DNA of 64,000 nucleotides from an uncultured Holophagales bacterium (GCA_963842525.1 CAWJGT010000034.1:192001-256000), one strand, 5' to 3'; counted from the first letter of the stretch, positions 28,012 through 39,446 are shown. Notes: generated from the sequence alone by a model not told the origin. Numbers and translations: made by a program.

Positions 28012-31000
28012 ATGAATGCCTCAGAGTTGTCTCGGAGGTTGTGCAGGAAGGTGGGCCTGCTCGCCCTGCTCCTGGGAGCCGCGATGGCCAGCGGGCTCTG
28101 GGCGGTCGAGCCCAAGGAGCCTGCCTCGTACCTGGACCAGAAGGCGTTCTTCAAACCGGAGCTGTACATCAGCAGCTCGCAGGTGCCTGTCGAGCAGATC
28201 CTGCAGGCTCTGCCCAACCGCACGGCATGGACGCGCTTCCTGGCGGACGAAGAGGTCCGGTTCGCCGGCGTCTCCTCCCGGGGCAAGGCCAAGGCCTTCA
28301 TCGACCCCCGGTCGGGAGCCGCCACCAGCATCGTGGCTGCATTTCCCCTCATCCCGGGCCGCGGCGTCGGCAACACCATCAGGCTGGCGGACATGTCCGC
28401 GACCCTCGGGCGCCCCGTCCGCAAGGTCGACGCTCCGGCGGTTTCCGACGTCGTGCTCGCCTTCATCCGCCAGAACCTCGGTCTGCTCGGCATTGAAGAA
28501 GCCCAGCTCGGCAGCATCAAGACCGTCGAGGTCACGCCCGAGCTCTGGCAGGTCCGCATCCCCCAGAGCTATAAGGGGGTCCCGGTGCGTCACGGGCACC
28601 TGGTGGCTTCGCTCAACCACGGCAACCTGGTCTTGATCGGCACCGAGACCTGGGGCAACGTCCGGGGCCTCAACACGAAGCCGGCCCTCGATGCGGCGGC
28701 GGCCGTCGCCGCCGGCTATCAGCACGTGGGCGGCGCCTCGTCCATGGATGAGGTCAAGCGACCGCCGGTCCTGGAGATCATCCCCGTGGCGGCCAGCACC
28801 GGCGGCCCGGGAGGCGCCGGCTACGGTCACGTTCTGGCCTGGACCTTCTCGTTCCGCCGTCCGCCGGACGAGGCCGTCTGGGAAATGATCGTCAACGCCC
28901 ACACCGGCGAGGTGCTCTCCTTCCAGGACACCAACCACTACGTCAACCACCAGATCACCGGCGGCGTCTATCCGATCACCAGCACGGAGATCTGCCCGAC
29001 CAACGGCTCCTGCGGCATCATGCAGAGCGGCTGGCCGATGCCGTTCGCCGACACCGGCCTGGCGTCGCCCAACAACTTCACCAACAGCGCCGGCATCTTC
29101 GACTGGACCAGCGGCACGACGGCGACGACGCTGACCGGCCGTTACGTGGACATCGTCGACTCCTGCGGCGCCGTCAACAACACCTCGACGACCGGCTCGA
29201 TCAGCCTCGGGGGCACCAACGGCCAGCACGACTGCACCACGGGCGGCGGCAGCGCCGGCAACACCGCGGCCTCGCGCACGGCGTTCTACGAGACCAACAA
29301 GCTCGCGGAGATGGCGCGCGGCTGGCTGCCGAGCAACACCTGGCTGCAGGCGCGGCTGACCACCAACGTCAACCTGAACCTGACCTGCAACGCCTTCTGG
29401 AACGGCTCGTCGATCAACTTCTACCGCTCGGGCGGCGGCTGCCGGAACACCGGCGAGATCGCCGGCGTGTTCGACCACGAGTGGGGGCATGGCATGGACG
29501 ACAACGACAGCGGCGGGTCGCTGTCCAGCTCGAGCGAGGCCTATGCCGACGTGGCCGCGATCTACCGCCTGCAGGCCTCCTGCGTCGGCCACGGCTTCTT
29601 CTGGACGAGCAACCGCGGCTGCGGCCAGACGGCGGACGGCACGGGCTTCAACAACAACGAGGCGCTGACCGGCGCCGCCTACTGCGCCACCGACTGCTCG
29701 GGCGTGCGCGACGCCGACTGGGTGAAGCACAACCCGAGCACGCCGGCCACGGCGCTCGGCTTCGTCTGCGGCCAATGCACCACCGGCCCCGGCCCGTGCG
29801 GACGCCAGGTGCACTGCTCCGCGGCGCCGTCGCGCCAGGCGGCCTGGGACTTCGCGGCGCGCGACCTGCAGGCCGCGCCGTTCAACCTCGACAGCCAGAC
29901 GGCCTTCATCGTCGCCAACCGGATCTTCTACCACGGCAGCGGCAACATCGGAGCCTGGCACGCCTGCACCTGCGGCTCCTCGTCCAGCGGCTGCGGTGCG
30001 ACGAACGCCTACATGCAGTGGCTCACGGCGGACGACGACAACGGCAACCTGAACGACGGCACGCCGCACATGACGGCGCTTTTCGCCGCCTTCAACCGCC
30101 ATGGCATCGCCTGCGCCACGCCGACGGCGGTCAACAGCGGCTGCGGCAGCGGGCCGACCGTGGCGCCCACCCTCTCCGCCACGGCAGGCAACTTCCAGGC
30201 CTCTCTGTCGTGGAACACGGTCGCCGGAGCGACCCGGTACTGGGTCTTCCGCTCCGAGGGGCACGCCGGCTGCGACTTCGGCAAGACCAAGATCGCGGAG
30301 GTGACCGGCACGTCCTTCATCGACACCCAGGTGGCGAACGGCCGCAACTACTACTACAACGTGGTGGCCGCGGGAGCCTCCAACGCCTGCTCCGGCCGGG
30401 CCAGCAACTGCACGACCGTGACTCCGGCGGGATCGGTCACGCCGGACTTCTCGGTCGCCTGCAGCCCGTCAGGCCTCTCCTCCGGCCAGGGCGGCACTGC
30501 CACGAGCACCTGCACGGTCTCCTCGCAGAACGGCTTCAACAGCGCCGTCACCCTGTCGTGCACGGGCCTGCCGAGCGGCGCGAGCTGCGGCTTCGTCGCC
30601 AACCCGGTGACTCCGCCGGCCAACGGCAGTGTCAACAGCACGCTGACCGTGACGGTGTCCGGCTCGACGGCGACCGGCACCTTCCCCTTCACAGTCCAGG
30701 GCGTGGGCGGCTCGCTCACCCGCACCACCAGCCTTTCCCTCACCGTGACGCCTCCGGGCCCGACGACCGTCTTCTTCGACAACTTCGAAACGAGCCAGGG
30801 CTGGACCACCAACCCGAACAGCACGGACACGGCCACCACGGGCCTGTGGGAGCGGGGTGACCCCGAGACCACGACCTCCAGCGGCACGAAGCAGCTCGGC
30901 ACCGCCTTCAGCGGCACCAACGACCTGGTGACCGGCCGGCTGGCCGGCGCCTCGGCGGGCGACCACGACATCGACAGCGGCGTGACCAGGATCCAGTCCC

Positions 31001-31302
31001 CCGCCATCACCCTGCCCTCGACAGGCAACCTCACCCTGACGTTCTCCTACTACCTGGCGCACGGCACCAACTCCTCGACCGCCGACTTCCTGCGCGTCAG
31101 CGTGGTCGGCAGCACGACCTCACAGGTCCTCCAGGAGCTGGGCGCCGCCAACGACGACGACGCGGTCTGGGCAGCCTCGCCGGCCATCAGCCTCAACAGC
31201 TTCGCCGGCCAGACGGTCCGCATCCTCATCGAGGCGGCGGACGCCTCCACGGCCAGCCTGGTGGAGGCCGCCGTCGACGACGTGAGGATCACCCAGCAGT
31301 AG
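28012..31302 (+). CDS. Large secreted Cys-rich M4/M36-like metallopeptidase with FN3-like and C-terminal beta domains
   Basis: Signal peptide, FTP/PepSY-like propeptide ([17 protein letters not shown]), CNAFWNG, HEWGHG, SEAYAD; YYYNVVA FN3-like segment; FFDNFE..QGW C-terminal domain. Confidence 0.85.
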   Translation: MNASELSRRLCRKVGLLALLLGAAMASGLWAVEPKEPASYLDQKAFFKPELYISSSQVPVEQILQALPNRTAWTRFLADEEVRFAGVSSRGKAKAFIDPRSGAATSIVAAFPLIPGRGVGNTIRLADMSATLGRPVRKVDAPAVSDVVLAFIRQNLGLLGIEEAQLGSIKTVEVTPELWQVRIPQSYKGVPVRHGHLVASLNHGNLVLIGTETWGNVRGLNTKPALDAAAAVAAGYQHVGGASSMDEVKRPPVLEIIPVAASTGGPGGAGYGHVLAWTFSFRRPPDEAVWEMIVNAHTGEVLSFQDTNHYVNHQITGGVYPITSTEICPTNGSCGIMQSGWPMPFADTGLASPNNFTNSAGIFDWTSGTTATTLTGRYVDIVDSCGAVNNTSTTGSISLGGTNGQHDCTTGGGSAGNTAASRTAFYETNKLAEMARGWLPSNTWLQARLTTNVNLNLTCNAFWNGSSINFYRSGGGCRNTGEIAGVFDHEWGHGMDDNDSGGSLSSSSEAYADVAAIYRLQASCVGHGFFWTSNRGCGQTADGTGFNNNEALTGAAYCATDCSGVRDADWVKHNPSTPATALGFVCGQCTTGPGPCGRQVHCSAAPSRQAAWDFAARDLQAAPFNLDSQTAFIVANRIFYHGSGNIGAWHACTCGSSSSGCGATNAYMQWLTADDDNGNLNDGTPHMTALFAAFNRHGIACATPTAVNSGCGSGPTVAPTLSATAGNFQASLSWNTVAGATRYWVFRSEGHAGCDFGKTKIAEVTGTSFIDTQVANGRNYYYNVVAAGASNACSGRASNCTTVTPAGSVTPDFSVACSPSGLSSGQGGTATSTCTVSSQNGFNSAVTLSCTGLPSGASCGFVANPVTPPANGSVNSTLTVTVSGSTATGTFPFTVQGVGGSLTRTTSLSLTVTPPGPTTVFFDNFETSQGWTTNPNSTDTATTGLWERGDPETTTSSGTKQLGTAFSGTNDLVTGRLAGASAGDHDIDSGVTRIQSPAITLPSTGNLTLTFSYYLAHGTNSSTADFLRVSVVGSTTSQVLQELGAANDDDAVWAASPAISLNSFAGQTVRILIEAADASTASLVEAAVDDVRITQQ

Positions 31303-31326
31303 CGGGCGGTCCCATCTCCTCTCCCC

Positions 31327-31357
31327 GCCCCTCTCCTCCAGCACGGAGGAGAGGGGC
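31327..31357 (+). terminator. GC-rich hairpin after the peptidase gene
   Basis: gcccctctcctcc-agcac-ggaggagaggggc. Confidence 0.55.
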
Positions 31358-31402
31358 CCCTCCCTTTACTCGGCCTCGCGGGTCGAGCTAGATTCTCCCG
31401 CC

Positions 31403-32125
31403 ATGGGACGCATCTTCGAAACCAGAAAGCACACGATGTTCGCCCGCTGGGACCGGATGGCGAAGCAGTTCGCCCGGATCGGCAAGGAGATCGTCATCGC
31501 CGTCCGGGCGGGCGGACCCGACCCGGTGAGCAATCCGCTGTTGCGACGCGTCGTCCAGAACGCGCGCGCCGTCAACATGCCCAAGGACAAGGTGGATGCG
31601 GCGATCCGGCGCGCCTCGGGCAAGGAGGCGGAAAGCTATGAAGAAATCGTCTACGAGGGCTACGGCCCGCACGGCATCGCCGTCCTCGTCGAGACCGCGA
31701 CCAACAACACGACACGCACTGTCTCGAATGTGCGCTCTCACTTCAACAAGGGCGGCGGCAACCTCGCGACGTCCGGCAGCGTCAGCTTCCTGTTCAAGCG
31801 GATGGGCGTCTTCCGGCTGAACCCGGAGGGCCTCGACCCCGACGAGCTGGAGATGGAGCTGATCGACCACGGGCTCGAGGAGATGGGCGAGAGCACGGGC
31901 GAAAAAGGCGAGCCGCAGCTCGTGATCCGCGTCGCGTTCGGCGACTTCGGCACGATGCAGAAGACGCTGGAAGACCGCGGCATCACGCCCCTCTCGGCCG
32001 AGTCGGAGTACATCCCCCTGACGCCCGTCGAGCTCTCGGAAAGCCAAGCCACCGAGGTCCTGAGCCTCGTCGACCGGCTCGAGCAGGACGACGACGTCCA
32101 GAAGGTCTTCCACAATCTTGGGTGA
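31403..32125 (+). CDS. yebC: YebC/PmpR-family protein
   Basis: [44 protein letters not shown]. Confidence 0.95.
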   Translation: MGRIFETRKHTMFARWDRMAKQFARIGKEIVIAVRAGGPDPVSNPLLRRVVQNARAVNMPKDKVDAAIRRASGKEAESYEEIVYEGYGPHGIAVLVETATNNTTRTVSNVRSHFNKGGGNLATSGSVSFLFKRMGVFRLNPEGLDPDELEMELIDHGLEEMGESTGEKGEPQLVIRVAFGDFGTMQKTLEDRGITPLSAESEYIPLTPVELSESQATEVLSLVDRLEQDDDVQKVFHNLG

Positions 32126-32171
32126 GCCGCACCCGCGGATGGGAGTACGATAGGGTCAAAGGGAGGCTTCG

Positions 32172-32440
32172 ATGCCGAGCATCTACCGAGCCATTCTCTA
32201 CGGAAACCGGCTCGAATGGAGCGAGGAGGAGCCGCAGAGGCTGCCTCCAGACCGCGGGGTGGAGGTCTTTGTAACGATCCCCGGCAAGCCGGATTCCACC
32301 AGATCCGCCCGACAACGGGGTGCTGCCATGGCTGCTGCGCTGAGGGGCTCGCTGAAGCCGGAGGCCCGAAGAGCTTCGGGGACGCAGCCCAGTGGGAGCG
32401 AGCGACGCGGGAGGAAAATCCCCCGACCGTGTCATCCTGA
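32172..32440 (+). pseudogene. Small antitoxin-like protein with a frameshift near 32343; no partner toxin adjacent
   Basis: MPSIYRAILYGNRLEWSEE...VEVFVTI...RGAAMAAAL continues as EGLAEAGGPKSFGDAAQWERATRE in another frame; the end is overlapped by a REP. Confidence 0.5.
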
Positions 32441-32508
32441 GCGAAGCGAAGGATCTGGGGGATGGGAAGCTCCGCCCGCCCAGATTCTTCGCTGCGCTCA
32501 GAATGACA
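32430..32508. repeat. REP-like palindromic element
   Basis: tgtcatcctgagcgaagcgaaggatctggg ... cccagattcttcgctgcgctcagaatgaca; same family as 7985-8088. Confidence 0.82.
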
Positions 32509-32539
32509 GTCGTGGGCTCGCGCTGAAGGCTCCAACTGC

Positions 32540-32596
32540 GTCCCCCCTCTCCCGGTCGGGGGGGAGGGAGATGGGAGAGGGGGACAGGGGGTGAGG
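32540..32596. repeat. REP-like CCCCTCTCCC...GGGAGAGGGG element
   Basis: ccccctctccc ... gggagagggggacagggggtgagg. Confidence 0.65.
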
Positions 32597-32925
32597 TCAG
32601 CTCGGCACGGGTAGCCGCTCCAGCCGCGTCCTGTAGACGGGATTGCGCTCGAAGATCAGCTCGAGGTCGTGGCTCCCGATCCGGAGGCGGTCCACGGTGA
32701 CGTCGGCCGCGCCCAGCCAGGCGCCGCCGTGCTCGCCGCACACCCAGCGGTCGAGCCGGTGCCGCTTGCCGTCGATCCGCAGCCGCGGCGGCCTGCGCTC
32801 GGGGTTCTGGATCGTCACCGCCACGGCCACCCGGGAGGTCGTGCGGACAGCGTCGCCTGCCCCGCCGCGTACTCGCGGTCGAGCTGCAGGATGTTGGTCC
32901 ACCGGGCCGGGTCCATCTGGTGCAT
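32597..32925 (-). pseudogene. Internally deleted radical-SAM gene remnant, copy 1
   Basis: MHQMDPARWTNILQLDREYAAGQATLSAR joined out of frame to ...LDRWVCGEHGGAWLGAADVTVDRLRIGSHDLELIFERNPVYRTRLERLPVPS; near-identical to 42397-42812. Confidence 0.78.
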
Positions 32926-33111
32926 GCAATCCTTCTACGCCTGCGGAGGGAAAGGCGTCCAGCGGAGTCTATTCTACTCTACTCCGCCGCGCACCTTACC
33001 TGGAGTGCTTGGCTCCGGCGTAAAGTGCCCCGCAATGGCGGATCGTGCCACCCAGTTCCACTGCTGATCACGCCGGAGTAAGATGAACGTAGTTCATAGA
33101 CGAGCTCTGCG

Positions 33112-36100
33112 GTGGCGAAATCAACCCTTCAGCATGATCGCGGCGGCCCCGTTAATCTGCGGGGCATCCACTATCAGCTCCTCGCAACATTCCGGGAGGT
33201 GGGTCGGGCCGTCCGCGTCGTGTCTCACGATGGTGAGAACGGCCCCCTTACCAGCGTGATGCTGGTTATTGAACCGTACGGAGGAGGCGACAGCGCGATT
33301 TCTCAGGGCGCCGCTCGCCGTGTCCAACAGATCAAGACTCATCAAGGAGTCTGGACCCTCGCCGAGCTCGCCAGGAGAGTTTTTCCAGATCTCTTCCGAG
33401 CCTACTGCAGCGACCCCGGAGCCGTCGCAGTCGAGCTGGTTACGAACGGCCGACTTGACACGCAGGCGCAGGGCTTTTGCGCGATGCTTGACGTAAGCTC
33501 CGAGGGGAGGGCGAAGGGCTGGGGAGGGCTGGAGCAGCACGCGGTTGAAGAAAATGACCTGCTCCCTTGGTTCAGGGGGGTAGCGCGGTCCACCAACAAG
33601 CCTGCCGCGAGGGCAACCTTCGCTGACCTAGTCGACTATCTTGCGAACAAGCTCCCTAAAATCGCCGCTGCCGAGCAACTCAACGAAGTTCCACATCGTG
33701 AGAGAGTCAAGGGCTTTCTGAGCCGATTAGCTCTGCGAACAGGGCTCTCCTTTGAGGATCAGGAGAATGAGTGTCGTGAGTTCTTGCAGGCTTGGGGCAT
33801 TTCACCCAAAGCCGTCCCTAGAGCCATTGACCAAGTCGTTGGTTACCTACTGCGCCGGGGCCACCCTGGTAATCAGGCAGTTACCTTCGGTGAGCTTGCG
33901 CTCACACTTGGTCTTGCAGACCGAGACCTCGGCGACTGGACCTTTTTGAGCACTCTGAGCTGCGACCGCCTCCTGACAGACCTTGCTCGCCCCCGACCCG
34001 CCTACCACGAAGATCAAGACGTTCGGCAGTCCGATCCTCTCGTACCTGAACTCTTGTGCCTCATATCTCGACCGAAGGCAGATCAGATCGTTGAATCGTT
34101 TGGCTCTCCCGCGCTCTCCAGTTATCAGCTCCGGCCGATCGTTATATGGGGCAAGAGTGGGATCGGCAAGACTTGGCTTCTCGCGCGCGCCGCCCACCGA
34201 CTCGCCCAGATCAAGCACTCGCCAACTTCGGCGGGGCCGGCAATATTGTGGATGTCTTCCCAGCAGGATCCTCAAGCCGATCTTCAAGCCGCGGCACAAA
34301 AGTTCTGCCATCGCATATGGGGGCGCGAGCAACCGCTTCCGGTGGAGCTCTTGGCAGATCGCGTAAGCCAGTCGACCGATAGCAGTCCGGTACCATGGCT
34401 CGTGGTCTTTATCGATGGGATACAGTCTCCCAACTATCTGGGCCGGCTCAGTGAAGTGCCTCACTCCGAGTTGGGCATTCTTCTAATCGTCGCTGTCACC
34501 GTGCAATTTGACAGTGACTCTCCAGAATTCCCCGGGCTGCGCCTCCTGAAAGCCCCGGGCTTTAATCCAGATGAGGTGCTTCGTTTTTTGGAACGCCGTG
34601 CTCCCATCTCGCGGGGGCTTCCACCCACCGACGTCCGCAAGCTACTCGAGACGCCCGTTTTTTTGGCATTCTACGCAGCCTTGAAGCACGATGGATCCAT
34701 CTGGCAGCCCGAGGACGAGTACGGACTGATTCAACACTTTTGGCTGGAGCGGATTGCGAGGCCGCGTCCGCAGGCGGCTGACGTATTGGCCAGGCTCTCC
34801 TGCACGCGAATGCGAGAGGCCACGGCTACCAGTGATCGACCTCCTCAGGGCCACCTCAACTGGACGGTGGCCGAGCTAAAGGAAGCCGGTCTTACGCAGG
34901 AGGATCTTGACTTACTTGAGGTTTCGGCGATCCTCGTTCGGGACACTTGGAGTCGCAGCTATTTCTTCGCTCACGAACGAATCCTGCAGTGGACTGCAGC
35001 CGAAGGAGCACTTCGCGCCTTTCAGGCTGGGGGATTCCAGGCGGAAGAGCTTGCCGAGATCTGCACCGCCATCCTGATCGGCGAGAGTCAGGCTCGATGG
35101 ATGTTCGGCTATATGCCCGCCGACCTGCTCTGGCTCCTCCTCGATCCCGACTTGCCGGAGACTTGCTGGTCGGCAGCCGAAGCTCTACTAGGTAGGCTTG
35201 AACGACATCACCATTTCTCAAGCCTGAAGGACTGGCTCTCCACACTCGGCCCACGCCTCGTTCCTCCACTTTTCAAGCGGCTTCGCTCTGCAGACCACAA
35301 GAATGCGGGCATCCTCTACACCTATCGAGATGCTCTCATGCAGATTCCGGGTGCCGACGTTGCGGAACGCGCCACCAAACTCCTCGCAGAACCTTCCCTA
35401 GAGCTCCAAGAGATCGGTGTGCAGCTGCTCGGAGGGAGGGAGTACCTCCCGGCCTTGGACACCCTCTGGAGTCTCTACCAGGAATGGTGGGCCGCAGCTC
35501 ACAGCGAGCGGCCTCCAAACTCGGAAACCCGCGAGGGCCCCTGGATGTACCACGTTGATATCGGGGAGACGGCCCTTCGGCGATCGGTACGCAACCGGCC
35601 GGAATGGTTGGAGCGTAAGCTCCTTGAAGCGGAGAGCCTTGGCGGTGCGAACTCAACCCTCCTCTTTTTGTTGGCTTCCACGCCAAAGGGCGAAGCCGTT
35701 TGGAAGCGCCACAAAGCGCTTCTTCGGGACCGTCTGGCGGAGGATCGGCAACGGGGATACATTCGTTGCATTATCTCTTTTCGGGATCTGGATGAACGCC
35801 CCTGGCTAGAAGGCAAAGTTAATGAGACTCGAGGCTTCGTCGCGCCTGCAGCTCGCGGTGCCCTTGCTCTTCTGGCTCCAGAAAGCGCCTTGGCTCAGGT
35901 CGATCCTGAGGCGTTATTTGATTTAGGTTCCACTCCCGGGTGGTGGCTGCCTCTGGTCCGCATTCAGAAGCCGAGAGAAACGGCTCGCTTCCTCAAGGAC
36001 TTGATTCTAGGCTCTGACAATCCGATCAAAGCTCTTTTCGCATTCAGCGGTTTCGAACTATGGTATCCACCCGAAGTCGTTGATTTCCTATTTGACACTG

Positions 36101-37869
36101 TCCAAAAGGAACTGACAGCTCTCAAAGAAGGTAGGGCCGAGTCCAGCAAGGACCTGTTATACGCACCTCTCTTGCGCCTGTCAGATTGCAACACGGTTGA
36201 GCAGCTCGAAATTTTTTGGAAGCCCAGCCACCAACAACTCGAATCTCAACTTGCGGACTGGCTGACTGACTGGGGCCCGAACGATACAGGTTGGGTACGA
36301 CGTGGCAGTGAGGAAGAGGCGGGCGAGGTGCTAAAGCTAATTGCTGGGCCCGGCATGGCTAAAGTAGGAGCGAGCATACTAGAACGGGCTGAGACCTGGA
36401 CGGGGGGCCGCGACGGTCTCTATTTGGCTGTCCGAGAACCGGATGCGGAAGCTCGAGCGGCGATCCGACGCAAGGCGCTCGATCCGACACTGTCTGCTTC
36501 ACCAAGAGCAACGCAGCATCCGATACTCCAGCGCTTCTGTTTAGAAGCTTTAGCCTATCTTCGGGATTTCGATGGATTTGCCTACGGCGTAGTGCAGTGG
36601 GGTCTCCTACTTCCTCCGAATCTTGCCACGTATCTCGATGATCATCGCGGGAAACCCGAGATGCTCAGAGTCGCCAAGGAGGCACTAAAAAAACACCCAG
36701 TTACGCCTGGTGCGTTTTTGTTGCTGGGCTTGCATGGCGGGACGGAGGCCCTCGACTGCCTCCGGACGCAGCGACCCAGCCTTGAATCTGCGGACCTACA
36801 ACTTGGCTGGATTATCGGTCTCGACTACTCCATAGATTGCTCCAGCGAAACGCTGGCTGTATTTGCACAAGGCTTAGAAAGTGCAGACGCCCGTATTCAA
36901 TTCTCCTCGTGGCAGGCCCTCCTGCGCCGGATCGAAAACCCCACAGCCCAGGAGCTGCTCTTGTCGGTGATCGATGGAGGCCAGAAGGACTCCGCGCGAC
37001 TCGCAGCCCATCTCCTTGATCAGGAGATACTTCAAAAGGCAGTAGCCGAGCGGCTCTGGCAAAGGGAACCGAAGGATACTTGGTTTCTTTACGACTTCGC
37101 CAACCAACTGGAGAAATTCGCCGTTCTCGGAACAGATGAGATAAAGGAATTCCTACTCAAGCACGCTACCGAAGCGCAGAACCCAATGACCCCAGCAGCA
37201 AGATATTCTGCAATCCGAGGTCTCGCCTCCTTAAATCGTGACCTCGCGTTTCGAGCAGCCCGTGCCTGTCGGCCGGGAAAGAGGAGCACGGAGGACATCA
37301 GTTGGCCAGCGCTGCTCGTGGAGGTTGGAGGCTCTAAAGCACTACCCGACCTTAAAGTGGAAATAGCTGAAGATCGCGACGTCGTTCGGCTTCATGCGCT
37401 GGGCGAGGCGCTACGAGCTCAGAAACAGCATCAGATTCTCCTATATTGGCTTCAGGATGAAAACCCAAGAGTCCGAGAAGGTGCCTGCTATGCCGCTTGC
37501 GCCCAAGCGTATGATCTTCAACTCGAACACACTGTGATTCGCTGTTGCCTCGACCCAGAAGAGGACGTGCGCACCGCAGCACAAGCTGCCTTCGATCACC
37601 TATGGAGGGATCGTGAGGTGGGCCGTTTGATTGACCGCCTCCACTCAGAGTCCCGTTCAGGCCGCCGCTGGGCTCTTCTCGACTCGGCGCTGGCTATCGG
37701 CTATCCAGGCGTTCGTCCCGGCTTTGGACAGATCTCGTGGTTCAGTGAGCTTATTAGCGGTCGACCTTACTACGAGGTTGATTACTCCATCAATCGGCTC
37801 AAAGAGCGCCGAAAGAAGGTTGTCGAGGAACTAAAGAGACAGTCCAAGAATTTCCGCGCGGATGCGTGA
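33112..37869 (+). CDS. Large STAND/NACHT-like NTPase with N-terminal PD-(D/E)xK-like nuclease and helical-repeat C-terminus (Avs-like defence protein)
   Basis: GGPVNLRGIHYQ...GGGD...QQIK; Walker A GKSGIGKT; Walker B VVFIDG; YFFAHERI; HEAT-like ENPRVREGA and EEDVRTAA; codon usage unlike flanking genes. Confidence 0.75.
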   Translation: MAKSTLQHDRGGPVNLRGIHYQLLATFREVGRAVRVVSHDGENGPLTSVMLVIEPYGGGDSAISQGAARRVQQIKTHQGVWTLAELARRVFPDLFRAYCSDPGAVAVELVTNGRLDTQAQGFCAMLDVSSEGRAKGWGGLEQHAVEENDLLPWFRGVARSTNKPAARATFADLVDYLANKLPKIAAAEQLNEVPHRERVKGFLSRLALRTGLSFEDQENECREFLQAWGISPKAVPRAIDQVVGYLLRRGHPGNQAVTFGELALTLGLADRDLGDWTFLSTLSCDRLLTDLARPRPAYHEDQDVRQSDPLVPELLCLISRPKADQIVESFGSPALSSYQLRPIVIWGKSGIGKTWLLARAAHRLAQIKHSPTSAGPAILWMSSQQDPQADLQAAAQKFCHRIWGREQPLPVELLADRVSQSTDSSPVPWLVVFIDGIQSPNYLGRLSEVPHSELGILLIVAVTVQFDSDSPEFPGLRLLKAPGFNPDEVLRFLERRAPISRGLPPTDVRKLLETPVFLAFYAALKHDGSIWQPEDEYGLIQHFWLERIARPRPQAADVLARLSCTRMREATATSDRPPQGHLNWTVAELKEAGLTQEDLDLLEVSAILVRDTWSRSYFFAHERILQWTAAEGALRAFQAGGFQAEELAEICTAILIGESQARWMFGYMPADLLWLLLDPDLPETCWSAAEALLGRLERHHHFSSLKDWLSTLGPRLVPPLFKRLRSADHKNAGILYTYRDALMQIPGADVAERATKLLAEPSLELQEIGVQLLGGREYLPALDTLWSLYQEWWAAAHSERPPNSETREGPWMYHVDIGETALRRSVRNRPEWLERKLLEAESLGGANSTLLFLLASTPKGEAVWKRHKALLRDRLAEDRQRGYIRCIISFRDLDERPWLEGKVNETRGFVAPAARGALALLAPESALAQVDPEALFDLGSTPGWWLPLVRIQKPRETARFLKDLILGSDNPIKALFAFSGFELWYPPEVVDFLFDTVQKELTALKEGRAESSKDLLYAPLLRLSDCNTVEQLEIFWKPSHQQLESQLADWLTDWGPNDTGWVRRGSEEEAGEVLKLIAGPGMAKVGASILERAETWTGGRDGLYLAVREPDAEARAAIRRKALDPTLSASPRATQHPILQRFCLEALAYLRDFDGFAYGVVQWGLLLPPNLATYLDDHRGKPEMLRVAKEALKKHPVTPGAFLLLGLHGGTEALDCLRTQRPSLESADLQLGWIIGLDYSIDCSSETLAVFAQGLESADARIQFSSWQALLRRIENPTAQELLLSVIDGGQKDSARLAAHLLDQEILQKAVAERLWQREPKDTWFLYDFANQLEKFAVLGTDEIKEFLLKHATEAQNPMTPAARYSAIRGLASLNRDLAFRAARACRPGKRSTEDISWPALLVEVGGSKALPDLKVEIAEDRDVVRLHALGEALRAQKQHQILLYWLQDENPRVREGACYAACAQAYDLQLEHTVIRCCLDPEEDVRTAAQAAFDHLWRDREVGRLIDRLHSESRSGRRWALLDSALAIGYPGVRPGFGQISWFSELISGRPYYEVDYSINRLKERRKKVVEELKRQSKNFRADA

Positions 37870-37890
37870 GGGGGTGCCGCCCCGGATAGG

Positions 37891-38732
37891 GTAGAGTCGG
37901 CGGCGGGCGCGGTGTCTGTAGGCCGAGGGAGTAGCTGTGGCCGGCGGCTTTCGCCTACTCGCCGGTGCCTCGGTCTCGGCCGTGGCTCCGTTTCCCACCG
38001 CCGCTCATCGAACCGGACTTGCGGATCTCCCGCATCCGGCTCTCGGACGGGCTTCACAGCAGGGCATGCACGGGTGCCGTGGACTGTCTGGCCCCTCGCG
38101 ATCGAGACCTTGCGTTTCCCGCTTGGCCCTGCCATACAGCTTCTTCCGGAGGTACTCGACAAATTGGGTTCTAGCCTCACGGCAATGCCCTGTCTCTACC
38201 TCCCCTCAAGAGCGCACCCGAACCAGGGCTCCGTCCCTCCACCGGCATTACCCGGCTTCATCGGTACCATGGGCCCCTCCGACTTCCACACGGCCCGAGG
38301 CTGACCATTTCAAATCACCCCGGTTGGTGGCCGCGACCCACCACCTATGTGGATCTCACACGTTGCCTCAAAGACCTTGTCTGCGCATGCTGACCCCACT
38401 ACCCCGGCTGGAGAGGACGAGTTCTTCGGTCGGTTGCTCCCCCGCCCCCCGACGGCCTTCCCCTTATGGCAGGAGGGTCGGCTCCAGCGAGAAACTATCG
38501 AGGCCTGCTCAGGGTTCACGTGCTTTTCGGCCTGCGCATTTGCACCCCGGTTGCACCGAGGACTTCCCCGGAGGCTTCAGCCGGGCGATTGCTCAAGCTC
38601 AGCTGCTCCAGTGGCTACCGGGCGAACCGACAATTCCCCGGACGGGACTTCCACCCGCTGGCCTTCGAGACCCAGGAGGTCTCTCTGTAATCTGCAAACT
38701 CAGCTCACATCAGACCTCCCTTCGTGTCGCAC
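37891..38732 (-). mobile_element. ORF-less group II intron (~840 nt)
   Basis: 5' GTGCGA at 38732; domain V GAGCCGGATGCGGGAGATCCGCAAGTCCGGTTC; extended domain VI ending CTCTAC at 37891. Only a short intron-encoded-protein stub (VEYLRKKLYGRAKRE) remains. Confidence 0.88.
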
Positions 38733-38764
38733 TGCCAGGCGCTTATTTCAGCAATAGCAAATGG

Positions 38765-39350
38765 TGCGGTCGAGGGCTCCATGTGAGCGGGAGATCGACG
38801 ATGGTGACGCCGGCTCGACGATGGTGAGCGGGAGCCTCGACGCCAGTGACGGCGGGCTTGACTCCGGTAAGCGGGAGATCGACTCCAGTGATGGCGAGCT
38901 TAACTACCGTCAGCGGGAAATCGACGATCGTCACGGCGACTTCGACTCCCGTCAGCGGGAGCCTGACTGGAGTCACGGAGGCTTCGACGCCTGTCAGCGC
39001 GAGCCTGACTGGAGTCACGGAGACTTCGACTCCCGTCAGCGCGAGCTTGACTGGAGTCACGGCGACTTCGACTCCCGTCATCGTGAGCTTGCCTGGAGTC
39101 ACGGCGACTTCGACGCCCGTCATCGTGAGCTTGCCTGGAGTCACGGCGACCTCGACTCCCGTCAGCGCGAGCTTGACTGGAGTCACGGAGACTTCGACGC
39201 CCTTCAGTGCGAGGCTGACTGGAGTCACGGAGACTTCGACGCCGGTCAGCGCGAGCTTGACTGGAGTCACGGCGACTTCGACTCCCGTCATCGTGAGCTT
39301 GACTGGAGTCACGGAGACTTTGACTCCCGTCAGCGTGAGCCTGACTCCGG
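38765..39350. repeat. Tandem array of ~28 21-bp units (42-bp higher-order dimer)
   Basis: gactggagtcacggcgacttc / gactcccgtcagcgcgagctt alternate; GAC recurs every 21 bp; units decay toward 38765. Confidence 0.93.
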
Positions 39351-39390
39351 TGATCCTGCGGTGTGCTGCAGGGGGGAAGGTGAGGGCCCC

Positions 39391-39422
39391 AAAAAAAGGG
39401 GCGTGGCTTGTGGCCACGCCCT
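39391..39422 (-). terminator. Intrinsic terminator
   Basis: Minus strand GGGCGTGGC-CACAA-GCCACGCCC-C-TTTTTTT just after the stop at 39447. Confidence 0.85.
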
Positions 39423-39446
39423 CATCGGAATCAGCGACCGAGGGGA

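Noticed and set aside
38765-39350. CRISPR array, or confident CDS calls for ORFs 38743..39417, 38761..39594 and 38846..39529
   Set aside because: No spacers. Open frames are expected from a stop-free 21-bp unit, no RBS is convincing, and the plus-strand ORFs overlap a real gene.
37891-39350. Diversity-generating retroelement or retron
   Set aside because: No reverse transcriptase ORF and no template/variable repeat pair with adenine-specific mismatches; the RNA motifs are those of a group II intron.
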